This document shows, in pieces, positions 10,999 through 21,850 of a DNA stretch of 64,000 bases. Source of the stretch: a phage; the sequence record OZ335960.1; one strand, 5' to 3'. The position numbers were made by a program, and so were the translations under genes. Every line of letters starts with the position of its first letter. Position 1 is the stretch's first letter. The notes under the pieces were generated by a model that saw only the letters and a program-made list of their open reading frames with translations, did no database searches and had not been told where the DNA came from.

Positions 10999-12168
10999 TT
11001 AAAAATATTTTTTAAAACTCATCATAACTTTATCATCAACATCATTATCAATCTGTGCTACAAGGTAAGATGAAAGTTCTACTTCTTGTGGCGCGGATTG
11101 AACATTATCAGAATTAAGATATTCACGAATCCAAGGATACGGATGTTTAACCGGAGCATCAGTAATTGGGCATGGAAGACCACACTGTTTCATACGAGAT
11201 ACAGTTAAGTAATCAATAAAGCTCCACATGCTATTTGTATTTAATCCAGGAACATCACCATCTTTAAATAAATGAACTGCCCAGTCTTTTTCTTGGCGGT
11301 TAACTTCCATGAAAATATCAACTGCTTCTTGTTCACACTCTTGGGCGATTTTAACCCATTCATCACCATCAGTGCCAAGTTGAAGTTGACGAATAATATA
11401 TTGGGTGCCTTTAAGGTGAAGCTGCTCATCACGTGCAATGAACTTCATAATCTTGGCATTACCTTCCATGATTTCCATGTTTTTATGGAAGTTAAAGGTA
11501 CACGCGAAAGATACATAAAAACGAATAGCTTCCAATGCGTTGATTACATGAAGGCAAAGATAAAGAGATTTCATTAGTGCTCGTTTAGTACATTCAACAA
11601 CTTTGCCTAACTCTTCTTTGCGAAATCCTTCTGATAAAATTCCTTCATAATCTTCAACCGCATTCTGATATTCACGAGTCTTAACTAGAACATCATCGTA
11701 ATAGCGACCAATAGATTCAGCACGTTTCATAATAGCTTTATCTAATACAATCTCATCAAACACTTTTGACGGATCAGTATAAAGATTTCGCATAATATGA
11801 GTGTATGAACGGCTGTGAATAGTTTCACTAAAAGTCCATGTAGCAACCCATGTATCAAGACTTGGGTCTGAAATTAACGACATAAGTACAGCAGACGGTG
11901 CACGACCCTGAATGCTATCTAGAAGTGATTGATACTTCAGGTTATTAGTAAAAATATCTTGCTGATACTGAGGAAGCTTGTTAAATTGTGCAGCATCCAT
12001 CATCAAGTTTACTTCTTCAGGACGCCAGAAAAATGACAATTGCTTTTCGGTTAAATCTTCAAAAACTTTATGACGTTGAATATCATAACGCGCAATACCA
12101 AGACCTGAACCGAAGAACATAGGTTCTTTTAAAACATCAACTGGATTTGTATTAAAAACTGTGCTCAT
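10999..12168 (-). CDS. nrdB: ribonucleotide reductase beta subunit, uninterrupted (no intron)
   Basis: 389 aa continuous ORF; di-iron/tyrosyl-radical R2 fold motifs; no group I intron as in T4 nrdB. Confidence 0.9.
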   Translation of the reverse strand: MSTVFNTNPVDVLKEPMFFGSGLGIARYDIQRHKVFEDLTEKQLSFFWRPEEVNLMMDAAQFNKLPQYQQDIFTNNLKYQSLLDSIQGRAPSAVLMSLISDPSLDTWVATWTFSETIHSRSYTHIMRNLYTDPSKVFDEIVLDKAIMKRAESIGRYYDDVLVKTREYQNAVEDYEGILSEGFRKEELGKVVECTKRALMKSLYLCLHVINALEAIRFYVSFACTFNFHKNMEIMEGNAKIMKFIARDEQLHLKGTQYIIRQLQLGTDGDEWVKIAQECEQEAVDIFMEVNRQEKDWAVHLFKDGDVPGLNTNSMWSFIDYLTVSRMKQCGLPCPITDAPVKHPYPWIREYLNSDNVQSAPQEVELSSYLVAQIDNDVDDKVMMSFKKYF

Positions 12169-12219
12169 AAATTTTCCGCTTAGTTAATAGATAGTGACTC
12201 GTCCGTGAGTCAAATTATA

Positions 12220-14484
12220 TCATAATTTACAGGATGAACAATCTTCAGCTTTTGGAGTTTCTATTTCATAATCATCAGTACCAGAACCGTCACGGGTATT
12301 ATGATAATAGAAATTTTTTCCGCCAAAATACCAAAAATACAAAAGGTCATCAATCATTATTGACATTGGAACCTTTCCTTTTGGAAAAATCTGCGGGTCA
12401 TAATATGTATTCGCTGAAGCTGATTGACACACCCATTTCAGCATAATAGCTACTTGCGTAAGATAAGGTTTATTGCCTTTCTTAGCTAATTTCCATGTAT
12501 AATCATAGAGGTCTATGTTGTGCTCAATATTGGGCACGACTTGATTAAAGGAGCCCTCTTTTGATTCTTTAACAGAGACTGGTCCACGTGGAGGCTCGAT
12601 ACCGTTTGTACTGTTAGAAACTTGGGAAGATGACTCACATGGCATAAGTGCTGATAATGTGCTATTACGGATGCCAAAGAGCTTAAGGTCTTCCCGCAGC
12701 GACGACCAGTCACAAACGTATTTTGGAGCTGCGATTTGGTCAATCTTTTTATTGTACCAGTCGATAGGTAATTCGCCTCGAGACCAACGAGTGTCTGAAT
12801 AATATTCGCAAGGTCCTTTTTCTTTGGCGAGCTTAATGGATGCTTTAATGAGTCCATACTGTAATCTCTCAAATAGTTCATGTGTTAAATCGTTAGCATC
12901 TTCATAAGAAGCAAAATTACTTGCTAGCCAAGCTGCATAGTTAGTAACACCTACGCCAAGGTTTCGACGTTTTTTAGCTTTTTCTGCTTCAGGAACTGGA
13001 TATCCTTGGTAATCCAAAAGATTATCAAGAGCACGAACTTGGACTTCTGCCAATTCATTAATTTTATCTTGGTCTTGCCAATCGAAGTTATCTAACACAA
13101 ATGCAGATAACGTACACAATCCAATTTCAGCATCAGGACTATTCACATCATTTGTTGGAATAGCAATTTCACAACACAAGTTGCTCTGACGAATAGGTGC
13201 CTTTTCACGAATAAATGGCGTATAGTTATTCGTATTATCAATGAACTGCACATAAATCCTTGCTGTTCCTGAGCGTTCAGTCATGAGCAATTCAAACAGT
13301 TCACGGGCTTTAATACGCTTTTTACGAATATTAGGGTCTTTTTCTGCAGCTTCGTATAATTCACGGAAACGGTCTTGGTCTTTAAAATAAGAATAATAAA
13401 GTTCGCCACCCATTTCATGCGGACTGAACAAAGTAATGTAATCATTCTTTCCGAATCGTTCCATCATTAGGTCATTCAGTTGAACGCCATAATCCATATG
13501 ACGGATACGGTTTTCTTCTACACCTTTGTTATTTTTCAAAACGAGAAGATTTTCAACTTCCAAATGCCAAATAGGATAATAAGCAGTAGCAGCGCCGCCA
13601 CGAATTCCACCCTGTGAACATGATTTAACTGCAGTCTGAAAATGTTTCCAAAAAGGAATAACACCAGTATGACGCACTTCACCCATTCCAATCTTAGAAC
13701 CTTCGGCACGAATCATACCAACGTTAATACCAATTCCAGCGCGTTTGGAGATATATTCAACAATTGAAGCAGAAGCCTTATTGATAGACTTTAATGAATC
13801 ACCTGCCTCAATAACAACGCATGAACTAAACTGCCGAGTTGGAGTACGGCAACCAGCCATAATAGGGGTTGGCAGTGAAATCTGTCGAGTAGATACTGCT
13901 TCATAAAAACGAATAACATGTTTTAATCTATCAACAGGTTCATCTTGATGCAATGCCATTCCAATAGTCATAAATGCAAACTGTGGAGTTTCATAAATTT
14001 GACCAGTGGTTTTATCTTTAACTAGATATTTTTCTTTTAATTGCATCGCCCCGGAATAAGTAAATTCCATATCCCGCTCGTGCTTAATTTTTGATTCTAA
14101 AAATGTAATTTCTTCTGCTGAATATTTTGACAACAATTCAGGGTCGTATTTACCTTCATTTACACAGTAAGAAATATGGTCAATAAATGAACGGGGCTCA
14201 TACTGCCCGTAAACATGCTTACGAAGAGCGAACATTAAACACCGTGCAGCTACATATTGATAATCAGGCTCTTCAACTGAAATAGAATTCGCAGCAGCCT
14301 TAATGACAATAGTCTGAATGTCATCAGTTGTCATTCCATCACGGAGATATGATTTAATATTTTCATATAATTCATAAGGATCTACAGATGTTCCTTCAGC
14401 TGCCCAAGATAAAACTTTAATAATTTTTTGCGGGTCAAAGCTCTGAGAAACACCACTACTTTTGATAACATTAATTAATTGCAT
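12220..14484 (-). CDS. nrdA: ribonucleotide reductase alpha subunit
   Basis: 754 aa; ATP-cone N-terminus, catalytic cysteines, C-terminal CxxC tail. Confidence 0.95.
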   Translation of the reverse strand: MQLINVIKSSGVSQSFDPQKIIKVLSWAAEGTSVDPYELYENIKSYLRDGMTTDDIQTIVIKAAANSISVEEPDYQYVAARCLMFALRKHVYGQYEPRSFIDHISYCVNEGKYDPELLSKYSAEEITFLESKIKHERDMEFTYSGAMQLKEKYLVKDKTTGQIYETPQFAFMTIGMALHQDEPVDRLKHVIRFYEAVSTRQISLPTPIMAGCRTPTRQFSSCVVIEAGDSLKSINKASASIVEYISKRAGIGINVGMIRAEGSKIGMGEVRHTGVIPFWKHFQTAVKSCSQGGIRGGAATAYYPIWHLEVENLLVLKNNKGVEENRIRHMDYGVQLNDLMMERFGKNDYITLFSPHEMGGELYYSYFKDQDRFRELYEAAEKDPNIRKKRIKARELFELLMTERSGTARIYVQFIDNTNNYTPFIREKAPIRQSNLCCEIAIPTNDVNSPDAEIGLCTLSAFVLDNFDWQDQDKINELAEVQVRALDNLLDYQGYPVPEAEKAKKRRNLGVGVTNYAAWLASNFASYEDANDLTHELFERLQYGLIKASIKLAKEKGPCEYYSDTRWSRGELPIDWYNKKIDQIAAPKYVCDWSSLREDLKLFGIRNSTLSALMPCESSSQVSNSTNGIEPPRGPVSVKESKEGSFNQVVPNIEHNIDLYDYTWKLAKKGNKPYLTQVAIMLKWVCQSASANTYYDPQIFPKGKVPMSIMIDDLLYFWYFGGKNFYYHNTRDGSGTDDYEIETPKAEDCSSCKL

Positions 14485-14801
14485 AAGTCCTCAACTTGAA
14501 AATCGTCTTTAAACAATCGGTTAACTATATGAGCTATTATATCACCATGACACGGCTTTGGTTTACATGTGCATCCTAGCCTCATTCCACGTAAAGGCTC
14601 TAAATGTGCTTTAGTTATTTCTCCGGATTTAATTCGACGTATAAAATCTTTTTTGAATAATTCAATGGCAGCCTCCCGGCTGCCAGCATCTTTACCGACG
14701 TAATTTCCCCAAAATGTACCACGGTGAATATTAACATCAAAGTCGGATTTATATTTATTCACTACCTGGCATAGACGGCCCGCGCGGTGATAATTCGTCA
14801 T
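14475..14801 (-). CDS. hypothetical protein (nrdA.1 position) with C-x-C ... PCHGD motif
   Basis: ORF track 108 aa. Confidence 0.5.
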   Translation of the reverse strand: MTNYHRAGRLCQVVNKYKSDFDVNIHRGTFWGNYVGKDAGSREAAIELFKKDFIRRIKSGEITKAHLEPLRGMRLGCTCKPKPCHGDIIAHIVNRLFKDDFQVEDLCN

Positions 14802-15030
14802 ATTGTTTTTCCGTTAAAACAGTAATATCATAGTAACAATCAGAAGAAGTTTTAACTGTGGAAATTTTATTATCAAAATACTCACGAGTCATTTTATGAG
14901 TATAATACTTTTTACCATAAATGATAATAGGTTGTTCTGGTCCTGGAACTTCTAACTCGCTTGGATTAGGAAGTGTAAAAAGAACGATACCAGAAGTATC
15001 CTTAAATCGTAAAATCATATATCCTCTCAA
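14755..15030 (-). CDS. hypothetical protein (nrdA.2 position)
   Basis: ORF track 91 aa; overlaps the next ORF start, so the true start may be internal. Confidence 0.4.
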   Translation of the reverse strand: MRGYMILRFKDTSGIVLFTLPNPSELEVPGPEQPIIIYGKKYYTHKMTREYFDNKISTVKTSSDCYYDITVLTEKQYDELSPRGPSMPGSE

Positions 15031-15041
15031 TTAAATTAAAA

Positions 15042-15902
15042 TTACACCGCCATCTTTCCTTTCAAAACACCGTGGGACTGATAATCTTTGAGAACGAAAT
15101 CCCGTGCTGTCATATATTCAGTTAACCAATACATTTGAGTTTCAGTATCGCATTGACTGAATCCATTAGGCCAATTAATACTGAGTTTGCATAGATCCAT
15201 AGGAGTTCTATTTAATATCTCTTTGCATTGCTCAATATGGTTAGAATAAATGTGTGTATTACCACCAGAGAATACCAAATCGCCCGGAACTAGTTCACAC
15301 ATGTCAGCAACAATATGTAAAAGAGCAGCATAACTCGCGATGTTAAATGGAAGACCGAGGAAAACATCTACCGAACGTTGATACCATTGGAGGTCAAGGT
15401 ATCCGTTACGCACATTAAACTGATAGAACATATGACAAGGTGGTAATGCCATCTGCTTGAGTTCAGCTGGATTCCATGCCGACACAATTTGACGTCTATC
15501 ATTGGGAAATGTTTTAATACGATTAACAACTTCTACAATTTGATCTACACCACCAAAATCACGCCATTGTTTTCCGTAAATTGGACCAAGTTCACCGCTA
15601 TGATAACCTAGGTCTTTGGCCTGGTTTTCGTAGTTTTCATCCCAAATTGTTTTTCCTGCAATTAAAGATCCATGAGTACGTTGACGTAAATCATTTACGT
15701 TAGTACTTCCTGATAAGAACCACAATAACTCAGAAATACATGCATTCCAGGCGAGCTTCTTAGTTGTTACTGCAGGAAAACCTTTAGTTAAATCCCAGCG
15801 TAATTTAGTACCGAACAAAGCAATTGTTCCTGTGCCTGTTCGGTCATCGGTTTCATAGCCGTTTTCAAAAATGTCTTTAATTAAATCTTGGTATTGTTTC
15901 AT
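15042..15902 (-). CDS. td: thymidylate synthase, uninterrupted (no intron, no I-TevI)
   Basis: 286 aa continuous ORF with the ThyA active-site region (PPCH); T4 td is split by a group I intron, which is absent here. Confidence 0.95.
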   Translation of the reverse strand: MKQYQDLIKDIFENGYETDDRTGTGTIALFGTKLRWDLTKGFPAVTTKKLAWNACISELLWFLSGSTNVNDLRQRTHGSLIAGKTIWDENYENQAKDLGYHSGELGPIYGKQWRDFGGVDQIVEVVNRIKTFPNDRRQIVSAWNPAELKQMALPPCHMFYQFNVRNGYLDLQWYQRSVDVFLGLPFNIASYAALLHIVADMCELVPGDLVFSGGNTHIYSNHIEQCKEILNRTPMDLCKLSINWPNGFSQCDTETQMYWLTEYMTARDFVLKDYQSHGVLKGKMAV

Positions 15903-15946
15903 TTAGTACCTTATATAAATTATAATACATTTTATGAAGCTAATAA

Positions 15947-16294
15947 TCAATACGGTTTAGCATCAAATTTTCTTTCAATTTCAGGCGTAAAATATAATTC
16001 TTTACCACGCTTGGAAAAGCGACCAATAATATGATAATTATTCTCATCAAACGTGATATTGCCGATATCCATAGCTTTCAACCAAATATCGATATTTCTG
16101 TCAAGCTTTATATCAAAATTCCAATACGGAGAATTATTACCAAAAATACTACAAGCGGATTCAGTGAAACAACTGCTATAAATTTTGTCTTTAGGAACTA
16201 CTAATTGATAGACTCCTTTAATAAACTGAGGACCTTGCCATTTTGGTTGTTTCGCGTCTTTTTCTAATAGAATAGGATAATAATTAAAATTCAT
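15947..16294 (-). CDS. hypothetical protein inserted between frd and td
   Basis: Track ORF 119 aa from a GTG; likely ATG at 16294 (116 aa); occupies a junction where, as recalled, T4 frd and td directly overlap. Confidence 0.5.
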   Translation of the reverse strand: MNFNYYPILLEKDAKQPKWQGPQFIKGVYQLVVPKDKIYSSCFTESACSIFGNNSPYWNFDIKLDRNIDIWLKAMDIGNITFDENNYHIIGRFSKRGKELYFTPEIERKFDAKPY

Positions 16295-16314
16295 ATTTTC
16301 CGCCACGTGTTATT

Positions 16315-17141
<827 letters not shown>

Positions 17142-17149
17142 TTTATCTC

Positions 17150-17485
17150 CTAATATAAAGGATCGGGAACATATCCACTAGCTTTAATCATTTTAATTAA
17201 TGTTAACATTCCTTTATTAACTGCTAGTGAAATTTCATCAAAAACTTCATCACTAAAAAGTTCTAACACGCCCTTCTGAACTTTTAGTTTACAGCCAACA
17301 ATTTCGTCATCGCCTATAGTAAATTCGTTTCCGCCAATTCCACCGAAAAACTTAATTACGCCAGTTAACTGTCTTCCACGAGAATATGGGTCGTGCGATA
17401 AAGTAATATGAGTCACCCCAGGTACAGTTTTAAATTGGCAGCGGATGTTTACTTGAGCAATTCCAGTTACATGAATGTCAGACAT
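17150..17485 (-). CDS. hypothetical protein
   Basis: ORF track 111 aa. Confidence 0.45.
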   Translation of the reverse strand: MSDIHVTGIAQVNIRCQFKTVPGVTHITLSHDPYSRGRQLTGVIKFFGGIGGNEFTIGDDEIVGCKLKVQKGVLELFSDEVFDEISLAVNKGMLTLIKMIKASGYVPDPLY

Positions 17486-17495
17486 AATATTTTCC

Positions 17496-17738
17496 TCAAA
17501 CAGTCTTTTTCACAATTTTCCAATCAGCTTTAAACTGTTCAACATCAGAATGGTAAATCCAGAATCCTGCGCTTTCTCCATCCTCGTAAAGAGGGCATCC
17601 ATCACATTCATCTTCCCATCCCATGTCACGCAAAAGATGTTCAGCTTTTTCAACAAGTTCAGAATCTTTACCGATGATATTAAAATACCATTTACCTCTA
17701 ACTTCTGAATCTTTAATACTCTGGCGTTGTAATCTCAT
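17496..17738 (-). CDS. hypothetical protein
   Basis: ORF track 80 aa; early promoter at 17848-17876 upstream. Confidence 0.45.
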   Translation of the reverse strand: MRLQRQSIKDSEVRGKWYFNIIGKDSELVEKAEHLLRDMGWEDECDGCPLYEDGESAGFWIYHSDVEQFKADWKIVKKTV

Positions 17739-17847
17739 TTTATTCTCCTTAGCAAGCTTTAATCAAAAGATATAAACAGACCAACATAACTATTGCCATA
17801 ATATAAGGTGCGAACATTTTCTTTTCTCCATTAGTTTTGATAGGGTA

Positions 17848-17876
17848 ATAGTATCACACTACTACCCTTTTGTAAA
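17848..17876 (-). promoter_or_regulatory. T4-type early promoter
   Basis: Minus strand GTTTACA, 17 nt, TACTAT. Confidence 0.55.
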
Positions 17877-18263
17877 CTACTTTTTGAAAGTTTTTCGCAA
17901 AAGTTCAATGATTTCATCTACATTGTTTTCGTCAACAATGCAGTGAATTTTTGTCACGCCAGAAACTATACCTTCATTAGCGGATTGAGGCTTTTCTAAA
18001 GTTACCTCAGTAAAGTATTTGAATTCTTCAGAGTAAATCTCAAAATACGTCTCAAGTGGGCCACCCGCCATGTATTCAGTGCCATCTTCCATAGTTACAC
18101 GTACCACACATTCACCAGCACAATCATCACTTTCCATTTCATCTACAACAAAACTAGGCCCGTGCTTCTCTATTAAATTTAGCATCATTACATTGCAACG
18201 GCACTCGTTAGCAAAGTCATTTTTAAATAAAGGGTTAATGATATAAGTTTTTCCAACTTCCAT
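17877..18263 (-). CDS. hypothetical protein
   Basis: ORF track 128 aa. Confidence 0.45.
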   Translation of the reverse strand: MEVGKTYIINPLFKNDFANECRCNVMMLNLIEKHGPSFVVDEMESDDCAGECVVRVTMEDGTEYMAGGPLETYFEIYSEEFKYFTEVTLEKPQSANEGIVSGVTKIHCIVDENNVDEIIELLRKTFKK

Positions 18264-18307
18264 TTTGATTTCCTCATTTTAATAGGGGCTTGATAGCCCC
18301 TTGATAA

Positions 18308-18535
18308 TTATTGTTCAATTAATCCCATGTAAAATTCTGTGTCTTCAGAATCCATACCATCACAATATTCATTAGCCATAAAGCGGGTGAGGTCTTCAAG
18401 AGGACCTTCAATAACGATTTGAATACTCCAAAACTTAGAATCTTGCACGCTTGTGATACTAAGTTCAGGATAACGATTACGAATAATTTCTTCGATATAT
18501 TCAAAATCAACGATGTCAATATCAACTTTAGCCAT
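18308..18535 (-). CDS. hypothetical protein
   Basis: Track ORF (TTG start at 18610) trimmed to ATG 18535 (MAKVDIDIV...) with RBS AAGAGGAAA, because the early promoter at 18579-18607 lies inside the longer version. Confidence 0.45.
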   Translation of the reverse strand: MAKVDIDIVDFEYIEEIIRNRYPELSITSVQDSKFWSIQIVIEGPLEDLTRFMANEYCDGMDSEDTEFYMGLIEQ

Positions 18536-18578
18536 ATTATTTTCCTCTTTAATCATCAGCAGTATTGCCGATAGTCGT

Positions 18579-18607
18579 ATAGTACCACAGTTCTTATAGT
18601 ATGTAAA
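18579..18607 (-). promoter_or_regulatory. T4-type early promoter (conserved cassette copy)
   Basis: Minus strand TTTACA, 17 nt, TACTAT within the conserved ...GTTTACA...CTGTGGTACTATAC... cassette. Confidence 0.6.
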
Positions 18608-18631
18608 CAACTTTGTGAAAAAATTTTTGAA

Positions 18632-18658
18632 ATAAAAAAGGGGACCTCTAGGGTCCCC
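18632..18658 (-). terminator. rho-independent terminator downstream of gene 32
   Basis: Minus strand GGGGACC-CUAGA-GGUCCCC followed by a U-run. Confidence 0.65.
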
Positions 18659-18680
18659 AATTAATTAGTAATATAATCTA

Positions 18681-19589
18681 TTAAAGGTCATTCAAAAGAT
18701 CATCCAGGTCCGTGTCATCAGCACTAGATGAACTGCCAGAGCTTGAGCTCATAAAATCATCTTCAGTTTTTGTATTGAAGTCGTCAACATTGAATGCATC
18801 CAAATCATCAGCAACTTTATCAGCTTTCTTAGCGGCAGTCGCTGCGGCACCACCCATAGCAGCAGTTCCCATAACTTGACTGAATTTAGTGCTCAGTTCT
18901 TCAAACGATTTGAATTTATCTTTAGAAGTCATTTCAGAAAGGTCAACCATTTGTTCGAACAGTTCTTTCTGGAAAGATTCATCATCAATGTTTGGAATCG
19001 CAGATTGATTCAGGAATTTAGATTCGTCGTAGTTACTAAAACCAGAAACTTGTTTAACTTTCAGTACAAAGTTAGCACCTTCCCACGGACAAGTTACATC
19101 AACCGGAGTTTCACCCATTTCAACATCAACTGCAATCATTGCATTGATTTTATCCCAGATTTTCTTACCGAAGCGGTATTTAAATACTTTACCTTCATTT
19201 TCTGGAGCAGCCGGGTCTTTTACTACAAGAATGTTAGCCCAGTAAGAAGTTTTACGTTTAACAAGACCGTACTCTTTATTGTCAGTGTTATACAAATCAT
19301 TTTTACTGATGTACTGACATACTGGACAAGAATCGTAATCACCGTGGGTAGATGAACAGTTTTCAATATACCATTTACCATTTTTCTTGAAACCGTGATT
19401 TACAAGAATTGCAAATGGTGCTTGTTCATCATTTTTAGACGGAAGAAAACGAATTACTGCTTGACCGTTACCCGCATTATCGAGTTTCAGTTTCCACTCG
19501 CCTTTATCTTCAGAAGAAAAACCACCTTTATTTCCAGCCAGTTTAGCCATTTGTGCAGCGAGTTCAGCAGTAGATTTACGTTTAAACAT
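18681..19589 (-). CDS. 32: single-stranded DNA-binding protein gp32
   Basis: 302 aa; zinc-binding C/H cluster, acidic serine-rich C-terminus; matches recalled T4 gp32. Confidence 0.95.
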   Translation of the reverse strand: MFKRKSTAELAAQMAKLAGNKGGFSSEDKGEWKLKLDNAGNGQAVIRFLPSKNDEQAPFAILVNHGFKKNGKWYIENCSSTHGDYDSCPVCQYISKNDLYNTDNKEYGLVKRKTSYWANILVVKDPAAPENEGKVFKYRFGKKIWDKINAMIAVDVEMGETPVDVTCPWEGANFVLKVKQVSGFSNYDESKFLNQSAIPNIDDESFQKELFEQMVDLSEMTSKDKFKSFEELSTKFSQVMGTAAMGGAAATAAKKADKVADDLDAFNVDDFNTKTEDDFMSSSSGSSSSADDTDLDDLLNDL

Positions 19590-19656
19590 TTTTATTTCCT
19601 TTTTAATTTAATTAACAGTTGGTGCTATGACGATGTATGACCTCATAGCTGGTCAG
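19590..19656 (-). promoter_or_regulatory. gene 32 translational operator (5' pseudoknot plus unstructured A/U-rich leader)
   Basis: Leader contains GACCAGCUAUGAGGUCAUACAUCGUCAUAGCAC followed by AACUGUUAAUUAAAUUAAAAAGGAAAUAAAA before the AUG; this is the known gp32 autoregulation site. Confidence 0.6.
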
Positions 19657-19662
19657 TGAGAT

Positions 19663-19687
19663 AATTATAATCTATTTATAATAAGCA
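19663..19687 (-). promoter_or_regulatory. overlapping late (TATAAATA) and MotA-box middle promoter elements for gene 32
   Basis: Minus strand TGCTTAT-TATAAATAGATT-ATAATT. Confidence 0.5.
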
Positions 19688-19688
19688 A

Positions 19689-20342
19689 TTAATACTTGCA
19701 AGATTTCACAGTTTCAATGAAAACACTTTTAGCTTTCTGCGAATCAATATTTAAAATTTTTCTATAAGCCTTTAACTTTATAGAATAATTATTCCAGACT
19801 AAATTATCAGTCTGTTCATCATGTTTATCAATTATATTTAAAAACGAATCAAGCAAGATAAACGTCTCAAACGAAATTATATTCGATTGAAGTAGTTTAA
19901 AAATATAACTTGATTGAACTTTTGGATTATAATCAAAGATTTCTTTAAAAGCAGAAACTTCAACTTTTTTACTAAAATAATAAATGTTGCGAATATCTTC
20001 TTCAAACTTAAATTTAATTTGCTTTAAGCGTCCGATATATTCACGATAAAACACAAGTGCATCAGCGTCAGAGATGTCACCAATCCAAGCATCTTGGTTA
20101 GCAACAAGATTGCTTATAAAGATTAAAGCAAGTTCCTTTAATTTATATTTTTCTGATAACTTCTGGAAAAAATACTTATCCCTTCGCTTTTGATAAGCGG
20201 CATCAGACACCCGCATGCACCAATTATACTTAATTACATCATACTTTCCATTCATATGTTGTTTTATCATTAAGTATAATTTATAAACTGATTTACCATC
20301 GATGTATCTTTCACCACCAGCAGGCATGCGGAGTTTAATCAT
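19689..20342 (-). CDS. 59: gp59 helicase loader
   Basis: 217 aa, T4 gp59 length and position between 32 and 33. Confidence 0.85.
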   Translation of the reverse strand: MIKLRMPAGGERYIDGKSVYKLYLMIKQHMNGKYDVIKYNWCMRVSDAAYQKRRDKYFFQKLSEKYKLKELALIFISNLVANQDAWIGDISDADALVFYREYIGRLKQIKFKFEEDIRNIYYFSKKVEVSAFKEIFDYNPKVQSSYIFKLLQSNIISFETFILLDSFLNIIDKHDEQTDNLVWNNYSIKLKAYRKILNIDSQKAKSVFIETVKSCKY

Positions 20343-20677
20343 AGTAGAAAATCTAATGTATTAGTTTTTTCACAACGAACAACAGAAGGACGTAAAAGAT
20401 TTTCGTCAATAGCTTCTGACTGAATTTTTTCAATTATACCCGAAGGAATAAATTTAGCAAATTGAGTTTCAGGAATAGAATTTTCTTCTAAGAATGCTGT
20501 TGTAGCTTCAAGATAACTCATTCCAAACTCTTCTACCATTTTTTCAATAATAAATCCATTTTCTTGGCGGTCAAGAAGCTTTGCAATTTCATCCTTTTCT
20601 TTCTTAATTGAAAGTTCTTTTTCTGAAAGACCGGTCTCATCGACCGGACGAATATCATTTAGAGAAAACTGTGTCAT
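20339..20677 (-). CDS. 33: gp33 late-transcription co-activator
   Basis: Track ORF trimmed to ATG 20677 (MTQFSLNDIR...) giving 112 aa. Confidence 0.8.
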   Translation of the reverse strand: MTQFSLNDIRPVDETGLSEKELSIKKEKDEIAKLLDRQENGFIIEKMVEEFGMSYLEATTAFLEENSIPETQFAKFIPSGIIEKIQSEAIDENLLRPSVVRCEKTNTLDFLL

Positions 20678-20924
20678 AAAGTTCAACTACCTCTTCAGTT
20701 TCAGCTTCAAACACATCGCGGTTATCTTTATGATACAAAGCTAACAGACGATTAAACATCTTACCATCAACGCCAAGTTCATCTTTGGCGCGAATTCGAA
20801 TATCTTTAATCAATTCATTATAGCCAGAAATTTTCAGTTTATGATCAGATGCTTCTTTAATAAATTTAGCCAAATCTTCGCCATGGATGGCTTCATCAAA
20901 TTCAACCATTTCTTTTTTAGCCAT
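20655..20924 (-). CDS. dsbA: DsbA double-stranded DNA-binding protein
   Basis: 89 aa; position between rnh and 33. Confidence 0.75.
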   Translation of the reverse strand: MAKKEMVEFDEAIHGEDLAKFIKEASDHKLKISGYNELIKDIRIRAKDELGVDGKMFNRLLALYHKDNRDVFEAETEEVVELYDTVFSK

Positions 20925-20932
20925 TATTCACC

Positions 20933-21850
20933 TCAAAATTCATTAATGCTATTAGTTAATTTAGAAAGACCCGCTTTTACAAAATATGAATAAATTTTGC
21001 CACGCGGTGGTAATTTATATGAATTATAGTAATTCACAATGTTTGAAGCAATATTATCAGGAATATAATCAAAATCAATTAGAACTAAATTTTCTTTATA
21101 ACGATTATATTCAGATTCTGTGAGAAGCACCTTAGCTTGATCACGGTCATTAGCAATAGCTTCGACAATAGATGTTTTCATTGAAGGAGTTCGTTCACCT
21201 TCAACTCTGGTAAACCAAAAGTCAGATCGTACTTTAACTGAAGCAACGTTATCCTTTTTGTCACCTTTAAGGATTTTAGTCATACAGTCAATTTCAGCAG
21301 AACCGCTTTTAATTTTAACCCATTTCTTGTGCATCGGTGACCATTGCTTAACATTTGGGTATTTATGAAGTTGAGTAAAGTCACCATCCGATGAAATGAT
21401 TAAAATCTTATGTCCTTCTAAAGAGAACTTTTTAACAAGAACAGCAATATGGTCATCTGCTTCATACTTATCAATATCCATAACGATGTATGGCATATAA
21501 GCTTTCAATTCATCTATAACTTTATGACTGGATTCAAAATAACCTTCCCAGTCCCAAGTAGATTCTTCTCGTGCTTTTCCACGGTTTTTCTTATAATAAT
21601 AAGCAAAATCACGACGCCAGTATCCAGATTTCGCGTTATCAATACACAGTACAATTTTAGTGTATCCAAGAGTTTTTGCTTTTTTGACATTAAACTTAAT
21701 TGAGTTCAATATCAAATGACGAACCATTGATAAATTAATTTTTTCTTTATCTGGAAAGTTTACCAAAGCAGTTGAAAGCGCAATTTGACTAAAGTCAATT
21801 AAGCAGATTCCTTCTTTGTAATCTTCATCCAGCATCATTTCTAAATCCAT
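20933..21850 (-). CDS. rnh: RNase H (5'-3' exonuclease/flap endonuclease)
   Basis: Track ORF (TTG start) trimmed to ATG 21850 with GAGG RBS giving 305 aa; FEN-family acidic residues. Confidence 0.9.
   Translation of the reverse strand: MDLEMMLDEDYKEGICLIDFSQIALSTALVNFPDKEKINLSMVRHLILNSIKFNVKKAKTLGYTKIVLCIDNAKSGYWRRDFAYYYKKNRGKAREESTWDWEGYFESSHKVIDELKAYMPYIVMDIDKYEADDHIAVLVKKFSLEGHKILIISSDGDFTQLHKYPNVKQWSPMHKKWVKIKSGSAEIDCMTKILKGDKKDNVASVKVRSDFWFTRVEGERTPSMKTSIVEAIANDRDQAKVLLTESEYNRYKENLVLIDFDYIPDNIASNIVNYYNSYKLPPRGKIYSYFVKAGLSKLTNSINEF

Noticed and set aside
15042-15902. Group I intron or homing endonuclease in td (and likewise nrdB at 10999-12168)
   Set aside because: Both ORFs are continuous at full expected length with no internal stop or inserted ORF.
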